From assembly GCF_001194135.2 (NCBI RefSeq), contig NC_068981.1:14872474-14936473 (forward strand): a DNA stretch of 64,000 nt. The letters run 5' to 3'. Every line of letters begins with the position of its first letter. Position 1 is the first letter of the stretch. The notes below the pieces were generated by a model. It ran no database searches. It had not been told where the DNA came from and was given only the letters and a program-made list of their open reading frames with translations. Shown in pieces: positions 12,021 to 24,497 of this stretch. Source of the stretch: Octopus bimaculoides. Its lineage: Eukaryota. A program made the position numbers and the translations under genes.

Positions 12021-12364
12021 TGGAGACCCCCTTGGGACGCGAACGACCATGGCATTGCACTTAGAAAGTTACCCTCCGAGGCATAAGTCCGGGCAAGGTT
12101 GTTTATGGAAGGCCAGCAGTCACCAACGCAATACCATCCTCCCCTTTCCACGTCAGCGATGATATCCAAGGAAAAGGCAAAGGGGGCGATACAGATTGGC
12201 ACCTGTGACGTCGCAACTCATTTCTACTGCTTAGTCATCTGGTGTAACGTGAAATACAGTGTCTTGCTCAAGAATAATAATACACGCAGCCCGGTCCAGG
12301 ATTCGAACTCACAATCTCACGGTCATAAGTTGGACGCTCTAACCACTGAGCCAAGCGCCTTCAC
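12021..12364 (-). mobile_element. Full-length tRNA-derived SINE: family B head and centre with a different, RTE-like tail
   Basis: Minus strand: A box tggctcagtggttagagcg, B box gagttcgaatcc, then cttgagcaagacactgtatttcacgtt...gaaatgagttgc. Tail ...cttgcccggacttatgcctcggagggtaactttctaagtgcaatgccatggtcgttcgcgtcc differs from other B copies; its RTE similarity is from recall. Confidence 0.85.
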
Positions 12365-12417
12365 ATAGACGGACGTAAAAAATCGTATACACATACACAC
12401 ATATATGTACACACACA

Positions 12418-12459
<42 letters not shown>

Positions 12460-12644
12460 NNNNNNNNNNNNNNNNNNNNNNNNNNNNNNNNNNNNNNNNN
12501 NNNNNNNNNNNNNNNNNNNNNNNNNNNNNNNNNNNNNNNNNNNNNNNNTATATATATATATATATATTTATATATTTTTTTTTATTTCTGAGCAAGAGAA
12601 ATACAGTAACACTACCGAATCGTAATGTTTATATGCCAATATAA

Positions 12645-12892
12645 CGTGGCAGTCCTGAAAAAGAGATGCTACTGTTGTTTTAGCCCCAGCTAGTTACGGA
12701 CACACCGTTTGTATTTGTATATAGCATTTTCAAAGAAGCCCATTGCTAGAGATGGGAGCGATGAGAGGGGAACTATGACCTCCCTTGCAAATACTATAGA
12801 CGGACACAAAATGTGTGTCGATAGCTAACTGGAAAATATGTTTTCCTAGGGCTAAAACAGCACAAGCATCGTCCTGTTTAGGACTTCCAACT
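12645..12892. mobile_element. Degenerate foldback MITE
   Basis: gtggcagtcctgaaaagagatgctactgttgttttagccc is inverted relative to gggctaaaacagcacaagcatcgtcctgtttaggacttccaac; inner arms tagttacggacacac / gtgtgtcgatagcta. Confidence 0.7.
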
Positions 12893-12924
12893 CATGTTGG
12901 TGTATGAACACTATTATATAATTA

Positions 12925-12956
<32 letters not shown>

Positions 12957-12959
12957 GAC

Positions 12960-13032
<73 letters not shown>

Positions 13033-14751
13033 CACGGCCATTATTGCATCCACATTTAAAAATTTTCCTGAGCCAACTAAAGATGGGAAACTGAGAGGAA
13101 AGTTTTTTTTTTTTATTCAACACTTCCTTCATAGGGCTGAGGATGAACGTTTCTCGGTGTGGCGTGTGTAAACGTATCTTGATTAAATACTTATACGTCG
13201 TTTTCATGAAGCTGATTGAAATGTAATTACACTAATCTTTTTTATTTGTGAAGTTTCTGTTTAAAATACGTTGTAAGTCTATATTCAGGCAGCTAAGGAA
13301 TATGGCATCGGTTTTAAATTTTAAGAAGGTATGTTGTGTTAACACCAAAGTTTTAAATATTTTCTCCATCGCAATAAAGCATATTCCAACACCTGGACGG
13401 GATTTGATATCAGAGCACGAGAATCTGATACAAATATTGCAAGCCATTTTAACTGAAGTTCTAAACTACGTCAATATACATCCATGCTCACATAGACCGA
13501 CGGAAAATATTGTATACACATACACACATATGTATTTATATTCACTCTCACACACATGCATATATATATATCATTATTTGATGCACTCTATTAAATTATT
13601 TTCTGTGCTTTTACAGTTAGATTTAGTATAGGGTAAGGGATTTTTAAACCGATCTCTGACCCAAACACACATTTGAGGAAGCCTTCATCCTCCTCTCACA
13701 GTAAATTTTCAACTAACAAATTTACTGCATTTGTACATATCCGTAGGCCTTTAGGAGTTAGCAGTGCATTAAATGTAATTACATTGAGTACATAAGAAAT
13801 GGGAATACATAATATATCTCCTCTCAAGTCTATAACTAAAGTATTCATGAATTTATGCTTGCTTGTACGGTTCTTATAAAATCCATGACTATATTTATTA
13901 TTTCCATTATTATATATGATCATGCTTGTATAATGGAGCGTCGGTCGAGTGAAAATATAGAGTTCCATACAGATGTATTGTTGTATTTAGTTATGTCATA
14001 ACTCTGAAGAAATTGATTTTGTTTTCGTTTTCTCCTTTAGGATTGTTCTGATAAAAACAACAGAATATCTATATGAACTACATTCTATCTTGTGATGTTT
14101 ATCGGTGAGATGAACTGTTTGCATTTCGTCCGTCCTACAATGATAATTTAATGCCAGTAATGCAATGTAGACAATACAATTAATGATATTTCTATACCAA
14201 AAATATGTACTTTAGAGCAAAATATAGAAATCAATATTCCTTAACTATATAAACATTTATATTAAGTTTATCACGAAATGCTCTTTATTTTGACGTCTAA
14301 GGATTCCAGATTATTTATGTATAAACATTTAAATGCTCGATACCAAAGTTCAAACCTATATTTTAATTAAAGATCCTATTTAAAGTAAGAATAAGTTAGG
14401 CATTCGTCTGAGTCATTTAATACACTCGTTTATTATTTTTGTTCCTATTTTGTTCTTGATTTAGTGGAGGTTAACAAATACATCAATTGTTTGCTAAAAT
14501 TTTGCTCATAAATTTTTCAATACATACAATATACCAGCCATGAATACGCCAGAAGTGAAAGAACACAGAAACCATCGCACCGAATGCATTACTAGTCCAA
14601 TTGATTTCCACACTCATAGGGTAAAAGCTACATCACCTGTCGCTTCAACGACCTTGGTTCCTTAGCATCGGTTAGCCTACATTATGATTTACTGGTAACA
14701 CTTATTGATTTCATTACAATGAACATACAGTCTCACATATCCTCACATATC

Positions 14752-14887
<136 letters not shown>

Positions 14888-15119
14888 TGTGAGTGTGTTT
14901 ATGTCTGTGTCTCTGTTCTATCTATTATCTATTATCTATCTATCAATCTATGAAGCTATATGTTTAACTGGCTATTTGTCTTGCCCTCCCTATTAACTTA
15001 ACCCCAATAACTTAACCCTCAGCTCCATAAATATAAACCCAAATCACCACCTGCCTCCCCACATCTAACAAAACTAACTCTCATAATTCCAACTATAATT
15101 CCACTATTGACATCCGGAC

Positions 15120-15744
15120 CTTAAATTTCCTACAATGCCCAACTATACTTCTTGTCAAAATATAGAACGCCACAGACGATACCACAGGACACGATAATTA
15201 TCATATTATACAAACCCAAAACACCGATTTCAACTCCCTAAAAAATACTAATCTTAACGCCAGCAATAATAACGAACCTAACACCGGTGCCTCATTAAGT
15301 AACAATCCCCACACAAATTCATTCAGAACACCCTTACAATCCTATGCAGCTCAGACGCCTGTCCTTTAGATAACAGCTGCCTCACAAAAGACATCGTGTA
15401 TAGTATCAACTGCCAACTCTAACTACATAAATACCGGCTCATGCAGCAGAACCTTCAAAGCTAGATTGAGGAACTACTACTACAGTTTCAAGTCCAGATT
15501 AAAATCCAACAGCACATCGTTATCACAGCTTATGAATAAACTCAAGTTCGATCCAACTGTTTACGTTCTCAAGTGGTCTATTGTCTCCCACGTCAATCCA
15601 TACAGCAACCATAACAACAAGTGTGATCTCTGCATAGCCAAGTTCTTAATCGTTTTGCATTCCACGGATTGTCTTAATGAACGTAGCTGTATAACTTTCA
15701 CCTGCAATCATCGATCACTAAATATATTCTCAAAATACAAATAG
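15120..15744 (+). pseudogene. Penelope-like element C-terminal GIY-YIG endonuclease remnant, followed by a pyrimidine-rich 3' region to about 16150
   Basis: CPLDNSCLTKDIVY (from 15360), a frameshift, then TGSCSRTFKARLRNYYYSFKS...STSLSQLMNKLK...LKWSIVSHVNPYSNHNNKCDLCIAK...LNERS..TFTCNHR. This matches the PLE CPLxGxCL..VVY / FKxR..N / CxLC / LNxRSE..CxH pattern. Confidence 0.85.
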
Positions 15745-16250
15745 CAACACCACCCTGCCATTTTTTTCCTAAACTTCACAAATTTTCCCTCTTATTTACC
15801 CTCACTACTACTATATATTGGACCAATATTGTATCTTGCCTCCAATTCCTTATTGTCATTTACATACTTCTCTCTATATCTTTCCTTACCATTTATATAC
15901 ATTTCTCTTCTTTCACCCGCCTCTCCCTCCTATTCTACTGTAAACTTACAAGTACATACGCCAACATACACCTCTACTACTTCATACTGTAAACACGCTC
16001 ACTGCACACAATATAAGCACTCCTTAATTGAATGTTAGTAGTAGCCGCAAGGATTCTTTCCCATTCTATCTTGCTTTCTTCATACATACTTTTTACTCTC
16101 TCTTGACCAACAATATTTCCCCACTTTCTTCCCTCCACATTATATTTTTTTAGATACCACTCCCGTTGCTAATTTCCGTGATTCGGCCAAAATAGCCCTA
16201 TTGAATACTACCGGTCAAATTATCTGAATGAATTCTCAGGAGCGTCGTCC

Positions 16251-16503
16251 GGAAACATAGCGAAAATTCAACACTTTGTGCATGATGATAGTTGGAGGAC
16301 AATGACCGGCATTGCTGATGCTGTTTGTCCGTCGTATGGATCAGTGCAGGTAATCCTAACGTCTGAATTGAAGATTCGTCCCCGCCTGCTGACAACTGAG
16401 CTGAAAGAGCATCGTGGCAAATCTGTCTAGACCCTGTCTGCGTGCCGCTGATGAACCGTCCTTCATGTAACATGTCCTGGAACATTTTGATACCACCTCC
16501 TAT
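16251..16503 (+). mobile_element. Internally deleted mariner element: transposase HTH/linker fragment joined to the right TIR
   Basis: NIAKIQHFVHDDSWRTMTGIADAVCPSYGSVQVILTSELKIRPRLLTTELKEHR followed by AADEPSFM. The reverse complement of 16472-16503, taggaggtggtatcaaaatgttccaggac, resembles a mariner TIR and is followed by TA. Confidence 0.8.
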
Positions 16504-16544
16504 ATTTACATATATATATATATATATAGTGATAATTAACAAAA

Positions 16545-16690
16545 CGAAACAAAAGACGAAGACCGGTGTGTTAATAACAAACAGTTGTATTGGTTTAGCA
16601 CTCGAGAAGTGAGAAAGTCTTTTACATGTCGAGCCTACGCTCTTCGATAGAAAGGAACACAGAAATAAACAGGGAGAGAACATAGAATAT
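16545..16690 (-). repeat. Penelope-type pLTR fragment with a decayed minimal hammerhead
   Basis: Minus strand tcgaagag-cgtagg-ctc-gaca-tgta resembles CUGANGA-stem II-GAAA-CGUA with two core changes. Confidence 0.45.
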
Positions 16691-17847
16691 ATATATATAC
16701 GTGCACAATACATACATCCAACTGTCTGCTGAAGCCGAGCCATCGAGCGTACCATCGATATTTTCTTTGTCAAAGTTAATAAATATGTTGTCTACTAAAT
16801 AGTATTCAATATTCTTTCAGTTGAATGCTGAAGTGTTTTTTTTACATATAACTTGCCATAAAAAGAAACATGTACATGTGTGTGTATACACATATATACA
16901 CGCAGACACACACAAACTCACACAGACTCTCGCACACAGGTATTTAAATACAGCTCACAGAGTTGATATATATTAAATTACTTCTGTATGTAGATATAGT
17001 TAGTAACTTAACAAATCTCTATATTTGAATACCAATTATATAATGAATTCAAGAAACATATATTTGATTAATTTATCTTCCTGAATATATAATAGTATAT
17101 GTATGGAATTTGATTAGGTTGTGCATATTTAAGATAAGCTGCGATATAAGAGTGTTCAATATATTAGCGGGGGTTAGTTCTTATAACATTTTACTGCAGT
17201 TTCATTCTTTTTCCAACTGATGAAACTTGAATTATTCTATATAACAGTCTTCAATAGTTGCGTAATATTTAAGATTTCCTGTCCATTATATGAACATACA
17301 TAATGAAACATCTCTCCATTCCAATGCAGCTAACTATTGAATATCCTGTATTTATTTCACAAAGCAGCAACCAAACTATTTCTGAAAGTCGTCTGAAATT
17401 TGCAAAATTGTATTTGATATCTAATTCAAAGAACTTAGACAGTTTATTGTTTTATTTTTAATGGTAAGACTTATATCATCTCGAAAGAGGTAGTTATATA
17501 ATCACAAATTCTAACTCTGATAGTCATCACTCATTATCAAACAATACGTCAAATTATGAATTTTCCGATGCGATCTTTGTTAAATTTAGTAAATATATGA
17601 TTAAATCTATTGTTTCTTTAAGATAGAAGAAATCTTATTAAAAGTAGCTTGGTTTTCATATCTACGCTGCATACCTTTTCCTCATGCGTCAGCAGCACCA
17701 GCAATATCATGAGTTGAATATGTTCTTACATGAATACATTGACTGCTCTATCACGCTTGTCGAGTAACAGTATTTCGTGTAACCCATGCAAACCACGCTT
17801 TACAGGTGCGAGTATGTCCCTAATCACGTCTGTATATATGAATTTAA

Positions 17848-17883
<36 letters not shown>

Positions 17884-17896
17884 GCGTATGTGTGTG

Positions 17897-17975
17897 TTTA
17901 AGGTGGTGCTCCAGCATGGCTGCAGTCAAATGACTGAAGCATGTAAAAGAATAAGAAAATAAAAGAAAATATGTT
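17897..17975 (+). mobile_element. SINE family A 3' tail fragment
   Basis: aaggtggtgctccagcatggctgcagtcaaatgactgaagcatgtaaaagaataag is the reverse complement of 34201-34255. Confidence 0.85.
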
Positions 17976-17989
17976 TTTTTTGTGTGAGA

Positions 17990-19955
17990 GAACGACGCCC
18001 CTTGGTGAGAATGAATTGGACCACTGGGATTTCATGCTAGTTCCACTTTGTCTTAAAAGGCGTCTTCGTGGTAAGCCACTCTTAAATTAATTGTCGTATT
18101 GTTGATTTGCTGTTTACTCTACTTTTTTGTGTTGAACAACGGTTTGTTTTGCTGCCTACGGCAGTTTTGTACACGTTGTCCGCCAAGTTTGAAGGGTTAG
18201 CACAGTGTTAAAAAATGGAGTAAGACGATTTGAGTTCTCCTGAGGAAGAATTGCTGAAAGCAATATTTCTGTAGTAGGCAAAATAGAAGAAAAATGTTTT
18301 TCGGCCGTGGCCAAACGCCACAACAAATAAATGGATGTAAAGGAACTTGGTAAATACAAGAATATTCTTCTCAGAAAGGAGCACGACATAAAGGTTTCCC
18401 CTCCCCAAGAGGTATTACAGAAAACCAAAGAAAAAATGATAATCTATACAACTTACTCTGTCAAAACCATGAAAATCGAATTAATGATTACAATTCAAAT
18501 TGAAGAGGCAGTAAACCCATCTGGTAGGGAATTTCTTAACTTGCCAGAGGAGAAAAGTTTGGAACGCGGGAGTTGCTGTTCCGAGATAAAGATACTGCCA
18601 GGCTACACTCGGAAACCCACTTAAAAACTGATGAGATAGTACTTCTGCCCATATACTTTGGATGACGTGCTTCCAGGGTAAGGGTAGAATACATAACCCT
18701 AGAAATAAATGTGGCCTGGATAGCAGCTGCTGTACTACTGGGCATGGAAAAAAAAAGATAGCGGTCCTCCAAGCCACGAGCACTGCACATAGACATTGGC
18801 AAGGGCAGAGCCTGGATACGGTAATCCAAGCCGCCTCGGAGGACCAAGAAAATATGGTGGAGACCATAACGGTCGAAGAAGTAATACTCAGGGTTAGAAT
18901 GGAGGGCAAGAACTGTCGTTATTACAAATATGGCTTCTCAGAACGCATTAAAGTGGAATGTCCTCCACCACCCGTAAAGTCACAAGAGGCACCTGTGATC
19001 ATAAAAGAAACCGCACTTCTACAGCCGGCGAGAACCCGCGGAAGAGAGATCAGCACACAGAGGAAGGAGAAAATAAAACCAAAGACGGATGGCAAACTGC
19101 AGGACAGAAGAGCAGAAAGAGGAGAAAAAAGGCACAATCTGTGGATGATAACCCCTATCACACACCCACCCGGCTCCTACCCAACCCTACACTCACCCAC
19201 ACTTCCCCTGCAGATACTAACCCAACCATAGCTGTTATATCGTACGTGCGGATGACCTCTACTCAACTCTTTCTTCCGACGACTCGACTCTACCGAACTC
19301 GACGTCTACTCTACCGACGGCTCCGTCCCGCTCTCCCGCTCTTCCGATATTGCGCTCTTTGTCTAGCTATTTATACGTATTGGACTAGCGTACTTATCGC
19401 TTTGAGGTGTCCACACAACACTACCTCACCTGACACTGACAAATTAACCACATGCACAAAAGAGCCCCAAATTTTCCAACATTCAACCTGTGTAAAAAAA
19501 TGTATAGTGATTTACAATTCAAAATATGCTAAGCTATCTCAGGAGGTAGACAGTTGGGATGAGCAGATAAAAGTAATTATAGTAGAGTGTGGAGAGTTGC
19601 CCTCGTACTGTGATTTTGTGATAGTGAACCCCAAATACACTTCAGGACCGGAAGAATACGGGAACAACGCTTTTCATTGGCAGAAGAAAAGCCAAACCAG
19701 GTGTACACCAACAACGTTAGATTACAACGAACTTATTAAAGACTTTAATATAGACATTCTATGTGGTGAATAAGGGTTAAAAGTGTTTTAAACAAGTAAA
19801 TTATCGTGCATAACCAAGATAAATGATGTGGCCCGGATGGTGGCGCGATTCGAGAAACTTCATTTCATGTTTACTTCCATTATTTAATTCATTCTTTTCG
19901 TTCGATTGTACTAACCCATATATGTTGGCCCCGTGTGAGCAATAAAGATATAAGT
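17990..19955 (+). mobile_element. Degenerate non-LTR element with an ORF1-like (L1/Tx1-type) coding remnant and no detectable RT
   Basis: Disrupted frame from about 18215: ...IVLLPIYFG*RASRVRVEYITLEINVAWIAAAVLLGME / IAVLQAT..HWQGQSLDTVIQAASEDQENMVETITVEEVILRVRMEGKNCRYYKYGFSERIKVEC (decayed Cx2Cx4Hx4C), then a basic linker. The 3' end ggccccgtgtgagcaataaaga contains AATAAA. Clade assignment is from recall. Confidence 0.55.
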
Positions 19956-20134
19956 CCGTGCTAGGCCCACAGTTCGTGTGTTGATGGTTCAAAGTTGGAG
20001 TTCAAAGCTCATGGTTCGAGTTAGCGTGTTGGATTGTTGGTTCTTAAAAGATTCTTGGTACGTTCTGTGAGGTTAATGCCGTTTGTTTCGATTATTACAC
20101 TGTTTTAGTGTATTCGTTTAGCCATTAGGATATA

Positions 20135-20199
<65 letters not shown>

Positions 20200-23100
20200 A
20201 CAATACGGTTATTTATATTGTGTTATATAAATGTAGTTTCTAATCCGCTCGCAGGCCCTTCTGGGGGTACAGCCTATACTTTCAGATGCCCAACTGTACC
20301 ATCGCGCAAAAATACTTTCAATAACAGTTGAATATAGCTACTACTTCAAAACATATCCATATCCTCGTAGATGTAATAATGCATTCGTATATGACTTTGG
20401 ATATTTATCGCAGTTGAGAAAGTAACGTACTCCATGAATTTCTGAGATAAACCAAATAAAATAACTGAAAAAATATAATTTGATGCTGTCTGAACTAAGC
20501 AATTTTGTGACCATAATTTGATATTTTCATCGACTTAAATAGGTTGCATGTCATGATGGTGTTTATATGTAACATAGTATTGTATTTCTGTGTTAATGTT
20601 GACATTGCTACTGCCAATAAAGCACTTGAAATTATATCAGAACGGTCAAAACATAATTGTATTATATTATTTTGCCTTTCCGAAGCTATATTGATTCCTG
20701 TAAATGTAATAGTCGTATCTAATGGTATATGTGTGCGTGTGTGTATGGGGGGGTGCGTGTGTGCGTGTGATTGTCTCTGTGTGTGTTTGTGTGTGTGTGT
20801 GTGNNNNNNNNNNNNNNNNNNNNNNNNNNNNNNNNNNNNNNNNNNNNNNNNNNNNNNNNNNNNNNNNNNNNNNNNNNNNNNNNNNNNNNNNNNNNNNNNN
20901 NNNNNNNNNNNNNNNNNNNNNNNNNNNNNNNNNNNNNNNNNNNNNNNNNNNNNNNNNNNNNNNNNNNNNNNNNNNNNNNNNNNNNNNNNNNNNNNNNNNN
21001 NNNNNNNNNNNNNNNNNNNNNNNNNNNNNNNNNNNNNNNNNNNNNNNNNNNNNNNNNNNNNNNNNNNNNNNNNNNNNNNNNNNNNNNNNNNNNNNNNNNN
21101 NNNNNNNNNNNNNNNNNNNNNNNNNNNNNNNNNNNNNNNNNNNNNNNNNNNNNNNNNNNNNNNNNNNNNNNNNNNNNNNNNNNNNNNNNNNNNNNNNNNN
21201 NNNNNNNNNNNNNNNNNNNNNNNNNNNNNNNNNNNNNNNNNNNNNNNNNNNNNNNNNNNNNNNNNNNNNNNNNNNNNNNNNNNNNNNNNNNNNNNNNNNN
21301 NNNNNNNNNNNNNNNNNNNNNNNNNNNNNNNNNNNNNNATATATATATATATGGTATGTGTGTGTGCGGGTGTGTGTGTGTGTGCGTGTGTGTGTGTTTG
21401 TGTGTGTGCGTGTGCGTGTGTGAATGTTTATGTGTATTCGTGTGTGTGTATGTGCATACGTGTATGTATGTACAGAAAGAATTTGGGAAATATCTAAAAG
21501 CCGAATCTTGATATTTGAAATCTATCATACTTACGTAATAATAAGATGAAGACTAGAGAGTAAAAAAAAAAAAGAGGAATGTAGAATTGTAATATCCAAT
21601 GATGCCAAATATAATTTTGATAACTATGAATTACAAAATAGCAGAAATTAGAAAATAATCACGAAAATATATAGAGAAGTCCGGATTGATGCGTAAGTAA
21701 TGTATTTTCCAGTTGCTATTTAATATATATACATAAGAGATTCTGTGGAACAAAAACGTATTATATAATAAGTTTATTTTGTCTAGAAGAACTAAGGTGA
21801 ATGAACCTACTGACAAGATGCATTATACATACGCCAAATCCTTCACAGTTTTCAAAACCTACGTAAAACAGTCATGTTCATGTGGGAACGGGATTAAATT
21901 TAAAATCCAAGTGATTAAACTTTCCTCATATCGAATATAATGAGAAGCAGAAGATAACAGCCACTGGATGGTCCGAAATTATTAAGCATACAGGGAAAAC
22001 ACCTAAAAAATAAAATATAGTAAATGTAAAATAATGCAAATATAAACATTGGAAGTCTTTATTTAGTATACAAATTTTCAGAAATTTACATTTCGAATGA
22101 AGTAAAATACTATGAAAATGAAAATAACTTTTAAAGAGAAAAAGAGAGAGGGGAGAGAGAGGGAGAGAGAGGGAGATAGAAAGTGACGAGAGAGAGGGGG
22201 AGAGAAAGAAACGATAACAGATGATAGTCGAGGCTTAAAAATCTATGAATTTAAATCTAATTTGTCAGAAAAACTGGAAAGTTAGTTTTAAATTATGCTT
22301 ACTATTTACAATTCATTGCATTAGTTTATCCTGTTTTCTCTGATAACTAATAGAATACCCAAGGCTATACAAAGTCTGCAAGCCCATGTGTAACCTGTAA
22401 ATTTTCAAAATAGTGACAAAAGGTCAGTATGTATGGTAAAAAAATATTCTTATATGTCAAGAAAGGAATGTATTCCATCTGCGGTGAAGTTATGATGATG
22501 GACACAAATTCTTTCCTTGACAGTTCTTAAAAGAAGGTATTGTTGTCAGTGATAACAATACATTTGTTATAACAGGTTTTAATGGCCACAATATGTATCT
22601 AACAGAGAATCCTTCTTAGATTTACAATTACATTGATGCTCATATTAGTTGCAGTGTAGCTGATTGAGAAAATAAGGGTTGGAGAAACTGCTTCAAGGAT
22701 GTCATTAATGTGTTATGAGTTCAGTTATCACCAAAGTTTACTATGTATGTCTAATTCGAAAGATATAGTACTAGTCACATAGTGAGGGCTGTATGAATCG
22801 CTCTGACAGACAGACAGAGACAGAGAATTAATACGAGTAAGCAAGCGTGATAAACATGTTTTATATCTATATTGAGTTTGCATCATGTATACGTTGACTT
22901 TTGAAACGAATGATTTATTTCGTTAGTGTGATTCCACAAGTACATAACAAAGGACTTTTAACATTTAAACTAAGGTTACTTCGCAAAACCACTGGGATAT
23001 GGGACAATATAAATAAACCTTATATCATTGATTTCTTTGTCAAATACGCATTCTCCCTTTAGATGCCGTCTAACATTGAAATAGACGAAATGGAACGTTA

Positions 23101-23585
23101 GTAAATAATCGATTGACTTACTATCATATGATAAACTTTTGGTCAAATAATTATAAGGGAAATGAATAAAAGTCTAACAAAAGTTATTAAATAGAAGTGA
23201 ATAAAATTAAATTCAGTATAAGATTTGGTTTCAAGATTACCTTTCAAACACTTCAAAACGATATTGATTTTGGCTGATTTTTATAAAGACGATTATATCT
23301 GAATAGATTTCCATATAATATAATATGTGTGAATATATTCGTGAGTGAAAACACCGATGTGCAATCATTAATTTACCAAATACAAAACAGAAAAGCTACA
23401 TTAACATTTCCTTCAGACTCTAGCATGCTCGATAAGTTAATGAACGCCACAACCTCCTTTTACACTTTCTAACAACGCAGAGCACTTCTTCAATAGATTT
23501 GAAAGCGAATAAGTGGTTGTGTTAGGAAAAAAAAAATTAATAAAATCGAGCTTCAAGTGAAGTCGCTTACTATAACGGATTGTAA

Positions 23586-23810
23586 TTGAAACACAAGGCC
23601 AGAACTGTTAAGGTGAAAGGGTAATCGACGCCATAGATGATAATATTAACAGGTACTTTATTTTGTCAACCCTATAGACGTGAAAGCACTGTTAACCTTG
23701 GCTGGACTCGGAGCGAGAACGTAACTAATCAGATGACGTATCAGTGTTTTTGATGACAGTCTTTTCGAGGTTCTAACGACTCTATCAGCTCTTCACCATT
23801 TCTGCATTTG
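23586..23810 (-). mobile_element. SINE family D (Meta-domain-like), strongly diverged
   Basis: acaaggccagaact...ggtactttattttgtcaaccc...gaaagc...agaacgtaa aligns with 56598-56790. Confidence 0.55.
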
Positions 23811-24455
23811 CTCTTCCTTTTCGTTTAAACCCTACTACTCATAATCTTATAGCGATTTCTAATAAAGTGTATTGAGTCATTTATTAAATTTCATTCCTTT
23901 CAAATAGTTATTTCTTTACGCTTAGAGAAGATCAATATAAGATTTTTTATGCAAATGTCATTGAAGGCAAAACGTCTTTCAGTGTCATCACTACGTGATT
24001 CAATATTAACTGTGGGGAATCTTGTTTTTGTTTTTTATTAGTATATCTCCTTTGTGTCTTAAACTCAGATAAATCAGAAGAGTCCGATACACTTTGGGAA
24101 ATATCAATGAATTCCGTACAAAAAATAACTATCCGTAAAATAAGTGTGCCTGTATGAATCAACATGCGGGGATCTCAGATAGACTCACTTGTTTAGTTAT
24201 GCCAATGCCTGTGGTAGTCTATATGCAGCATATGTGGACTACAGATTTGAAAGCTATTCATTGTAGCAAATGTAACTGAGTAACCGAGAGTCGCAACGAA
24301 AATTCACTTTCTTGAGTTTGCAAGAAGCTAAATTCATATCGTTACGTTTATAAATTTCTTCTGCAAGATTTCACCTGATGAGAAATCGTGTGTTGAAAAC
24401 AAATATTGTTATATTTCGGGACGGTCATTTTTTGTTGCCAAATAAACACACGCAC

Positions 24456-24497
<42 letters not shown>

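Noticed and set aside
12270-12364. tRNA gene
   Set aside because: It has A and B boxes but no complete cloverleaf or acceptor stem, and it continues into SINE body sequence found in other copies.
13248-13631. 127-aa ORF and possible small exons
   Set aside because: Both strands give plausible-looking but unrecognised frames, splice signals are inconsistent, and the 3' part runs into CA/TA repeats.
14541-14666. Short ORF with a good Kozak context (MNTPEVKEHR...)
   Set aside because: Only 41 aa, a weak donor, and no supporting homology.
16620-16660. Active hammerhead ribozyme (minus strand)
   Set aside because: The core is mutated (UCGAAGA instead of CUGANGA, GACA instead of GAAA); kept only as a decayed pLTR.
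18958-19773. 271-aa ORF as an intact host protein
   Set aside because: The N-terminal half is out of frame with the ORF1-like remnant, and it sits inside a decayed element; treated as part of that element.
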